DNA from: Candidatus Thorarchaeota archaeon
GTDB taxonomy: Archaea > Asgardarchaeota > Thorarchaeia > Thorarchaeales > Thorarchaeaceae
DNA: 21,355 bases
Assembly (NCBI GenBank): GCA_003345595.1
Contig: PRDI01000012.1
Coordinates: 1 to 21,355 of the forward strand
Direction of reading: 5' to 3'
Below are positions 14,382-21,355 of the stretch, piece after piece. A program made the position numbers and the translations under genes. How positions within the stretch are numbered: the first letter of the stretch is position 1; each line of letters begins with the position of its first letter. The notes under the pieces were generated by a model, which searched no databases, was not told the origin of the DNA, and saw only the letters and a list, made by a program, of their open reading frames with translations.

Positions 14382-16283
14382 TTGAAGCCAGGAGGATATG
14401 CAGGCAGAATACTGAGAGCCGACCTCAACAGACGCGACTTTCGAGTTGAGCCAGTGCCGTCTGAGTGGGTCGCCGAGTACATTGGAGGGGATGGGTTTGC
14501 CGCGAGGATTCTATATGACGAAGTGCCAGCAAAGGCTGACCCGCTGGGCGAGAAGAATAGGCTGATATTAGCGACTGGACCCGTGACCGGGACACTATGG
14601 CCAATGAGTGGCAGAACGGTGTTCATCTCCAAGTCACCTCTAACGGGCATATGGGGTGAGTCTCATGTCGGAGGCTTCATTGGACCAGAGCTGAAGTATG
14701 CCGGGTATGATGTTTTAGTGATTGAGGGTCGGGCCGAAAAGCCCGTCTATGTCAGTATTTGTGATCAGGATCTTGAGATAATCAATGCATCTGATCTTTG
14801 GGGGTTGAAGACAGATGAGGTGTCAGCTGCAATCAGGAGCCGGCACAATGATCCCGATGTCCAAGTCGCGGCAATAGGTCCTGCGGGAGAACGATGTGTC
14901 CGTTTTGCATCGGTAATAGTGAACAACGCTCGTGCGGCGGGCAGAACAGGTATGGGTGCAGTCCTCGGGTCGAAGAACGTGAAAGCAATCGCAGTTCGAG
15001 GTCACCAAGGGATTGCGGTCAACGACCATGAGCGGTTCGTGGAATTGGCGAACGACGCCCACAGGAGAGTCAGGCAGAATCCTCAGGCTCAGCAAATGCA
15101 CAAGTATGGCACATGGGTTCTCACTGCTGTCAAGCAGACAATAGGCGAGCTGCCAACCTACAATCACCGCACGGGTGTTTTCTCAGGTTGGGAGAAGCTC
15201 AGCGGCGATTACATCAGACCCAGATACACTATCGGCGACAGGGCATGTTTCGGCTGCAGCCTTGGGTGCAAGAAAGTCAACTACATTCGCGAAGGTCCGT
15301 ATGCTGGCACTCTCGAAGAAGGACCTGAGTATGAAGGTCTAATGGCATTCGGTAGCCTTCTGGGAATCTCAGATTTCCCAACTGCTCTCAGAGCCAATCA
15401 GATCTGCAACAGACTTGGAGTAGATATGATCTCAGCCGGGTCCTGCATCGCCTTTGCCACCGAAGCGTTTCAGAATGGCTTGATTGACAGCAAGATGACC
15501 GGCGGCATCGACCTTGAGTGGGGCAACAGCGAACAGGCCTTACGGCTGCTTGATATGATTGGCAACAGAACAGGCTTCGGGGACTTACTGGCGGAAGGGA
15601 GTCGGGAGGCTTCTCGAAGAATAGGACGCGGTTCTGAGCAGTTCGCAATCCATGTCAAGGGGCTTGAGGTCTCTGGCCAGGATGGTAGAACTCACAGGAG
15701 TATCGGACTGTCTCATGCCACGGGTGCCCGAGGAGCTGACCACCTCCGGAGTCTTGTTACCGTGGATCAGCTGGGCTATCAGGAAGTTGCCGCCAAGAGG
15801 TGGGGTTGCGACAAGCTCCCAGAGATTGTGGACCCGTATACTGAGAAGTACAAAGCCGCAGCTGTCGTCGAGACTGAGAACACGTACTGTATTCGTGATG
15901 CTCTGATTGTGTGCTGGTACTCTGTGTCATGGCCGCCAATCTTCTGGATGGAGGACTTCGCACAGATGCTACCTGTCCTGACCGGAGTGAGTAGGTTTGG
16001 AGAGAGAAAGAACTTGATCGAGATTGCAGAGCGGCAGGTGACTCTGAAGCGGCTTTTCAATGCACGAGAGGGAATCAGTCGGAAGGACGACACTCTTCCG
16101 AAACGTTTCACTGTTGATCCGATGCCAGAGGGACCTGGAAAAGGTCAGAAGGTCAACCTAGAACCGATGCTCAATGATTACTACAGATTACGAGGCTGGG
16201 ATGAAATAACGGGATTGCCTACCGAGGAAACAGTCCGAAGGCTAACGCTAGAGTGGACACATAGTCATTCGGCAAGCTCGTAG
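14382..16283 (+). CDS. aor: Tungsten-containing aldehyde:ferredoxin oxidoreductase family catalytic subunit
   Basis: GYAGRILRADL, YIGGDG, KSPLTG, IGPAGE, AAGRTGMGAVLGSKNVKAI, CFGCSLGC, GPEYE, DMISAG, HVKGLE, RGADH, DALIVC, FNAREG...DDTLPKRF and YYRLRGWD. Confidence 0.95.
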   Translation: MKPGGYAGRILRADLNRRDFRVEPVPSEWVAEYIGGDGFAARILYDEVPAKADPLGEKNRLILATGPVTGTLWPMSGRTVFISKSPLTGIWGESHVGGFIGPELKYAGYDVLVIEGRAEKPVYVSICDQDLEIINASDLWGLKTDEVSAAIRSRHNDPDVQVAAIGPAGERCVRFASVIVNNARAAGRTGMGAVLGSKNVKAIAVRGHQGIAVNDHERFVELANDAHRRVRQNPQAQQMHKYGTWVLTAVKQTIGELPTYNHRTGVFSGWEKLSGDYIRPRYTIGDRACFGCSLGCKKVNYIREGPYAGTLEEGPEYEGLMAFGSLLGISDFPTALRANQICNRLGVDMISAGSCIAFATEAFQNGLIDSKMTGGIDLEWGNSEQALRLLDMIGNRTGFGDLLAEGSREASRRIGRGSEQFAIHVKGLEVSGQDGRTHRSIGLSHATGARGADHLRSLVTVDQLGYQEVAAKRWGCDKLPEIVDPYTEKYKAAAVVETENTYCIRDALIVCWYSVSWPPIFWMEDFAQMLPVLTGVSRFGERKNLIEIAERQVTLKRLFNAREGISRKDDTLPKRFTVDPMPEGPGKGQKVNLEPMLNDYYRLRGWDEITGLPTEETVRRLTLEWTHSHSASS

Positions 16284-16301
16284 AACTGCCGTTCCAGAGG
16301 A

Positions 16302-17279
16302 CTATATGCGAACGTATTCAACTCTGTGAGAGCTCTTACAGGACGGACACGCATACTGGTCGGGGCCTACCCAGTCAATCTTTTCCCAAGAAAGCGGCGC
16401 GTTGCAGTAGCTGCATCTGTCCTTAATGACGGGTTTCATGAAAACTGTGGTTGTTCCCGCAGGCATTCCTGCACTGACCTGGATGTCTTCTCTGCTTTCG
16501 GTGGCAGCAGCCATCGGTTTGAGAACAGTCATGTCGGTGTACGCATACTGAGGTAATGGACTGATGGTCTGTATCTGAGAAAGCGGCATGATCAGCCAAT
16601 CAAGGTTGGTCTTAGGAAGGGACTCCCACGCCCTCGCCTGCCAGACTCTTAGGAGGTGGTCCTGTCTGGGGACCTTCCCTTTGATCTCGAACTTCCCAGA
16701 CACCGCACTGATCAACAGCTTGTTGCCTTTGGCCTCGAAAGTCTCTACCATATTCATGGGAAACATGAAGAGCTTCCTTGTCTTGGCGTCATACTGGTAT
16801 AGTCTGTATGTTGTCAGTATGAAGCTATCCGGGAAGTATGTGAATATTTCCTCGCCTTTCAACCAAGCGAAGCCCTCATAGAATCTTCTGCAGAAATCCT
16901 GATGATAGCCCGTGCAGATCCAACGGCTGTACGGCTGATCGGGATGAATGAAAGGCACACCGCATACATCACACAGCTTCTTCTGGTCCCCCACTCGAAG
17001 CCGCTCGTACTCTCTTAGGCTCAGGGCTCCTCTCATTTCTTCTCTTTGCGGCATCGTGCCCAAGACGTTCACAATGCCATTTGTCACCTTGAACATGGCC
17101 GCGGTCGGAGTCAGCTTGTACTCCTTAATCATATGGAGAGGCAGACTGACAGTGGTCTTCGATCCGCGGTCGTACTGAACAAGCCTGTAGTTGCTCAGCA
17201 GGTACTCTGGCTTTTGAACGACAATCCGTTCACCCTCGATGGGAATGAAGACAAGCGACGACAAAGTTGTAAGCACCAA
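16302..17279 (-). CDS. Protein with two tandem PH-like (GRAM/GLUE/bPH-type) repeats and a C-terminal Zn ribbon
   Basis: Internal repeat GERI...YLLSNYRLVQYD...LPLHMI / GEEI...FILTTYRLYQYD...FPMNMV. C-terminal CSYC...CPSC. Central CDVC plus further Cys/His residues. Confidence 0.7.
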   Translation of the reverse strand: MVLTTLSSLVFIPIEGERIVVQKPEYLLSNYRLVQYDRGSKTTVSLPLHMIKEYKLTPTAAMFKVTNGIVNVLGTMPQREEMRGALSLREYERLRVGDQKKLCDVCGVPFIHPDQPYSRWICTGYHQDFCRRFYEGFAWLKGEEIFTYFPDSFILTTYRLYQYDAKTRKLFMFPMNMVETFEAKGNKLLISAVSGKFEIKGKVPRQDHLLRVWQARAWESLPKTNLDWLIMPLSQIQTISPLPQYAYTDMTVLKPMAAATESREDIQVSAGMPAGTTTVFMKPVIKDRCSYCNAPLSWEKIDWVGPDQYACPSCKSSHRVEYVRI

Positions 17280-17364
17280 CCTAAGAGCTACTGCTTCCTA
17301 GGTGGGGGTGAGGACCCTATTAAAAGTTGGTCGTGCGAGGTACCAATTTGGGCAGGGCTACAAA

Positions 17365-17583
17365 CTATGCCCCCTGCCTCGGAATGGAGATGTAGAGGAC
17401 ATCCTCAAACCCAAGCACACCGAATCCTGATGGATTCTCAAGCCATACATAATCATCATGCACTTCGCCAACACGGACATTAGGTATCTTGGCGAGCGTG
17501 TCTTTTTGCATGTAGCGCAAGTAGACTGTGAAGGTCTGGCCCTTGGCCTTCAAGTCTTGGAATATCTCCTTCCAGTCTGGCAT
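17365..17583 (-). CDS. Small protein, probable Sm/Hfq-like beta-barrel fold
   Basis: 72 aa from ATG 17583, with GGAGG at 17596-17592 and an ATTAAAT box near 17630-17624. N-terminal helix then strands FTVYL, VGEVHDDYVWLE and VLGFEDVLYISI. Confidence 0.6.
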   Translation of the reverse strand: MPDWKEIFQDLKAKGQTFTVYLRYMQKDTLAKIPNVRVGEVHDDYVWLENPSGFGVLGFEDVLYISIPRQGA

Positions 17584-17893
17584 CCAAGCATCCTCCAGTA
17601 GGATTCGCATAGAGAGGCCGCACATTTAATGCTTGCTCTCAGCTGAAACGCGTTCACTAGAGTGTTGGAATGCAACTTGTCCATAGACTTGAGGACAGAG
17701 AAGACCAGTTGGTTCCGTTAGACTCTGACACCCCGAAACCTGCCGTTCACGAAACGCCTTGAAGCAGGATCGGCGGCAGAGAGGATATCGAAACGTGGCA
17801 AACCGGGGTGTCGCCAACGAAAGACATTTGTCTATAAGTCCGGCCGCTTTGTTAAGTGCGAACTGCTAAACATACGGAATCGGAGTACTCGCC

Positions 17894-20722
17894 ATGCCCG
17901 ATCGTCTCTGGCACGCCAATGATGCTGATTATGTCATAAGAGAGCTCCAGACCACTCCGAAGGGTCTTACGACAACTGAAGCCCAAGCCCGAATCCAGGT
18001 CTATGGCTACAATGAGCTTGTGGCGGCGAAACGCGCAAGTATGCTTAGCCAGTTCTTGGGTCAGTTCAAGAATCCCATGGTCGTTGTTCTGCTTGTTGCC
18101 ATCGCCATCACCCTAGCAGCATCATCGATTCCGGGATCAGGTGATGAGGGGGGTATCATCGATGCAGTCGTCATCGCAGCGATTGTGTTAGCTAATGCGC
18201 TCTTCGGTTTTGTTCAGGAGTACAAGTCAGAGCGTGCCCTAGATGCCCTAAAGCAGATGGCGGCGCCAAAGGCACGTGTCATGCGAGATGGACTGTGGAC
18301 CGTTCTCGAGTCGCGTGAGATAGTACCGGGCGATCTCATCTCACTAGAAACCGGTGATCGGCTTCCCGCCGATGCACGGGTGATGAGTGCAGTTGGCTTC
18401 TCGGCAGACGAGTCAGTTCTCACGGGTGAATCGCTGTCTGCTCAGAAGACATCAGAGCCCATGAGTCAGGAACACGCTTCTTTAGGCGACAGGAACAACA
18501 TGGTCTATCAAGGAACCATAGTAACCTCAGGAAAGGGTCGTGCACTTGTAGTCGCGACTGGGATGGAAACAGAGTTCGGCAAGATAGCTGAGGTTGTGCA
18601 ACAGCGCGACGAGGTCATAACTCCCCTCCAGAAGGACTTGGACGACCTCGGCAAGAAGCTGGGCATTGTAGTAGTTGTCTTAGCTGCTATCGTACTGGCC
18701 GCTGAGGTATTGCGCGACGTATCTGACTCATTTGTTGAGGAGCTGATGGCAGCAATTGCCCTTGCCGTTTCTGCGATACCAGAAGGGTTGCCTGCCGTTG
18801 TCACGATTACACTCGCAATCGGCGTACAGAGGATGGTCCAACGCAACGCAATCGTGAGGAAGCTGCCCTCTGTGGAAACACTTGGTTCTACGACAGTGAT
18901 TTGTTCTGACAAGACGGGCACGATAACGAAAAACGAGATGACTGTGAAGACACTCTACGCTGACAGAAAGCTATTCCAGGTGAGCGGTTCTGGCTACACT
19001 AAATCAGGGGACTTCGTCCATCATGACCACAAAGTTGACCCGATGGCTGATACGCAGCTGAGAAGATTGCTCTTAATAGGACAGCTATGCAGCAACACTA
19101 TTCTGCAAGATGGTCCGACTGACAAGGGCGATTACAATGTCGTGGGGGATCCAACCGAAGGTGCTCTCATGGTGCTCGCCGAAAAGGGTGGTCTCTCGTA
19201 TCATGAAACAGCTTCAAAGTACAGGGAGATTCATGAGATATCTTTCGACTCTGTCAGGAAGCGGATGACATCCATTGTCGCTGACACTTCTGGTGAGATA
19301 TATGCTTTAACGAAGGGTGCGCCCGAAGTCGTGGTTCCACTATGCAGCGGCGCTCTGGAAAACGGCGTTGTCAAGCCTCTTGATAGCCATCTTAGAAAAG
19401 AGATACTGGATACGAACGCGCAGCTCGCTGAAAAGGCCCTCAGGGTGCTGGCTTTGGCATATCGACCTCTTGAGAAAGATCTGATCGACTACGACCCTAG
19501 CAACGTGGAGCAGAACTTAGTATATGTCGGGCTGGCTGGAATGATCGACCCACCAAGGAACGAGGTGAGAGCCGCAATTCATCTATGCAAGACAGCCGGA
19601 ATCCGTGTCATGATGATTACAGGCGACAACCACCTTACTGCGAAAGCGGTCGCTCAGGACGTAGGGCTCATCGAGAAGGATGGTCCGGTGGTGACAGGTG
19701 AAGAACTCGACGCGATGACCGACGATGAGTTCAGGAGATGCGTGTTTGAGAACAACGTCTTCGCCAGAGTCGCCCCGGAACACAAGCTGAGAATCGTGGC
19801 CGCTTTGAAGAGCATCGAAAACGTGGTTGCAATGACTGGTGATGGAGTGAATGATGCACCGGCCATCAAGTCGGCCGACATTGGCATATCCATGGGCATC
19901 CGCGGGGCTGATGTCACAAAGGAGGCATCCGATGTCATTCTGGTCGATGACAATTTCGCTACAATCGTTTCTGCTGTTGAAAAGGGACGCGAGATCTATT
20001 CGAACATACGGAAGTTTGTCCGATTCCTTCTGTCTGCAAACTTCGACGAGCTTTTCCTAGTCTTCACAGTGGTGATGATTGGACTGCCGATCCCAATCAC
20101 GGCAATCCAGATACTCTGGCTCAACTTGGCCACTGACGGCTTCCCGGCATTGGCGCTTGGAGTCGACCCGCCCGAGAGAGGTCTGATGGAACGGGCGCCT
20201 AGGAAACCCGGGGCGAAGATGTTGGATCGAAGAATGGCCGCGTTCATAGTGATCGTTGGAGCTACGGGCTTCCTTGCGTCTCTTCTGGTGTATCTGTATT
20301 CACTTGTCACATACGGCGGGTACATCCCCGGCTTAACTGGCAATGCTTTGTCTGATTTGGAGTGGAGAACTGGCATCTCTGCAGTGACAGGTATAGCGTG
20401 GGCTGATGTCATAGTGCACGCTAGAACTGCGGTCTTCGCTGCCGTTGTCACATTCGAGCTCGTCTTTGTCTGGAACTGTAGAGACGAGCATCGACCGGTC
20501 TGGAGAACGAGCTTGGCAGGGACGAAGTACCTGTTCGTAGCTGTGATGGCTTCCGTTGTATTGACACTAGCAACAATCTATCTTCCATTCGCACAGCCAC
20601 TGTTTGAAACCATGCCTCTCAACTTACGCGATTGGATGGTCATACTGCTGACCTCTCTGCCCTCTATTCTGATACCTCCCCACATCATCTTCGGGCACTG
20701 GAAACGCGGGCAGAATCGCTAG
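17894..20722 (+). CDS. P-type ATPase, type IIA (SERCA-like Ca2+ pump)
   Basis: [58 protein letters not shown] and [15 protein letters not shown]. Confidence 0.95.
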   Translation: MPDRLWHANDADYVIRELQTTPKGLTTTEAQARIQVYGYNELVAAKRASMLSQFLGQFKNPMVVVLLVAIAITLAASSIPGSGDEGGIIDAVVIAAIVLANALFGFVQEYKSERALDALKQMAAPKARVMRDGLWTVLESREIVPGDLISLETGDRLPADARVMSAVGFSADESVLTGESLSAQKTSEPMSQEHASLGDRNNMVYQGTIVTSGKGRALVVATGMETEFGKIAEVVQQRDEVITPLQKDLDDLGKKLGIVVVVLAAIVLAAEVLRDVSDSFVEELMAAIALAVSAIPEGLPAVVTITLAIGVQRMVQRNAIVRKLPSVETLGSTTVICSDKTGTITKNEMTVKTLYADRKLFQVSGSGYTKSGDFVHHDHKVDPMADTQLRRLLLIGQLCSNTILQDGPTDKGDYNVVGDPTEGALMVLAEKGGLSYHETASKYREIHEISFDSVRKRMTSIVADTSGEIYALTKGAPEVVVPLCSGALENGVVKPLDSHLRKEILDTNAQLAEKALRVLALAYRPLEKDLIDYDPSNVEQNLVYVGLAGMIDPPRNEVRAAIHLCKTAGIRVMMITGDNHLTAKAVAQDVGLIEKDGPVVTGEELDAMTDDEFRRCVFENNVFARVAPEHKLRIVAALKSIENVVAMTGDGVNDAPAIKSADIGISMGIRGADVTKEASDVILVDDNFATIVSAVEKGREIYSNIRKFVRFLLSANFDELFLVFTVVMIGLPIPITAIQILWLNLATDGFPALALGVDPPERGLMERAPRKPGAKMLDRRMAAFIVIVGATGFLASLLVYLYSLVTYGGYIPGLTGNALSDLEWRTGISAVTGIAWADVIVHARTAVFAAVVTFELVFVWNCRDEHRPVWRTSLAGTKYLFVAVMASVVLTLATIYLPFAQPLFETMPLNLRDWMVILLTSLPSILIPPHIIFGHWKRGQNR

Positions 20723-20757
20723 GGGTCGATAGCGTCATAAGGACGGCGTCGTCCACC

Positions 20758-21355
20758 ATGACGGAGAAGATGACCCCTACAGAGATTGTCCCCGGAGTAT
20801 ACGCCATAAAGGGCAGGTTCGCAGGTGAGTTTGGTTTCATATCGAGCTACTTAGTCGTGGAAGGCGAGCAGGCTCTGGTCATAGACCCGGGAACAGCGGG
20901 AGATCCGGGGGAGGAAATCGTCAAGGGAATGGTGAGTCTTGGTCTGAACCCCAAGAAGGCTCTCATCGGAATCCTGTGTACTCATGGTCATCCCGATCAT
21001 GTCGGTGGAGCTGCCCGGCTGCGCAGGAGCACCGGGGCACAGATAATGATCCATAGTGGAGACGTGGACCTCTTGGAGAATCCTCGCTTGTTCATCAAGC
21101 AGAGGTTGAGGCTCGGCGCTGCCGAAAGACTCGCAATGAAGATGGACAGAAGTCCGCTCCGGATCAACTACACAGGGACAAAGCCTGACAGGATACTCCG
21201 GCAGGGCGATGAGGTCAAGATTGGCCATGTGGTCTTGAAAGTCATTCATACTGGAGGCCACTCGGCCGGGCATTGTGTGTTTCTAGACGCTGACAGGAAA
21301 ATCCTGTTCTCGGGTGACGAGCTGAATAACCTTCCCGATGATTCCCGCAAGTTCT
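20758..21355 (+). CDS. MBL-fold metallo-hydrolase (glyoxalase II-like), truncated by the window end
   Basis: Absent from the ORF track because no stop falls in the window. Hand translation from ATG 20758 gives MTEKMTPTEIVPGVYAI..., LVIDPG, THGHPDHVGG (HxHxDH), HTGGHSAGH and LFSGD. Confidence 0.93.
   Translation, partial: MTEKMTPTEIVPGVYAIKGRFAGEFGFISSYLVVEGEQALVIDPGTAGDPGEEIVKGMVSLGLNPKKALIGILCTHGHPDHVGGAARLRRSTGAQIMIHSGDVDLLENPRLFIKQRLRLGAAERLAMKMDRSPLRINYTGTKPDRILRQGDEVKIGHVVLKVIHTGGHSAGHCVFLDADRKILFSGDELNNLPDDSRKF

Noticed and set aside
20851-21273. 140-aa minus-strand ORF
   Set aside because: Antisense shadow of the + strand MBL hydrolase carrying HxHxDH.
1-21355. CRISPR arrays, tRNA/rRNA, transposases, Sec/Pyl read-through, frameshifted pseudogenes
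   Set aside because: No spaced direct repeats, cloverleaf or transposase motifs seen by eye; recognised enzymes are full length at their first stop codon.

Overview
An archaeal chromosomal segment, judged from TATA-like boxes, GGAGG/GGTGA Shine-Dalgarno sites, frequent TTG/GTG starts, a tungsten AOR, a PAC2-like protein and a RadA-N-like HhH domain. An Asgard (Thorarchaeia-like) origin is my inference from gene style and is unverified. About 19 real CDSs. The centre (5.8-16.3 kb) is an amino-acid catabolism neighbourhood: three different Glu/Leu/Phe/Val dehydrogenases around a single-chain tandem Lrp/AsnC regulator, a small wHTH gene, a long-type branched-chain aminotransferase, and a 4Fe-4S subunit plus tungsten aldehyde oxidoreductase. 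The flanks encode a nucleoside phosphorylase, a divergent PRPP synthase-like protein, a SERCA-like Ca2+ ATPase and a truncated MBL hydrolase. Several unannotated proteins show recognisable internal structure: tandem GLUE/GRAM-like PH domains plus a Zn ribbon, a duplicated CdvA/steadiness-box-like helical hairpin, a membrane-anchored HhH, an Sm-like fold and a Z-alpha-like wHTH. Several non-coding stretches are strongly base-paired, most notably 5352-5735, 86-170, 10271-10463 and 17727-17812. I saw no tRNA, rRNA, CRISPR array or transposase. All calls were made by eye without database searches.
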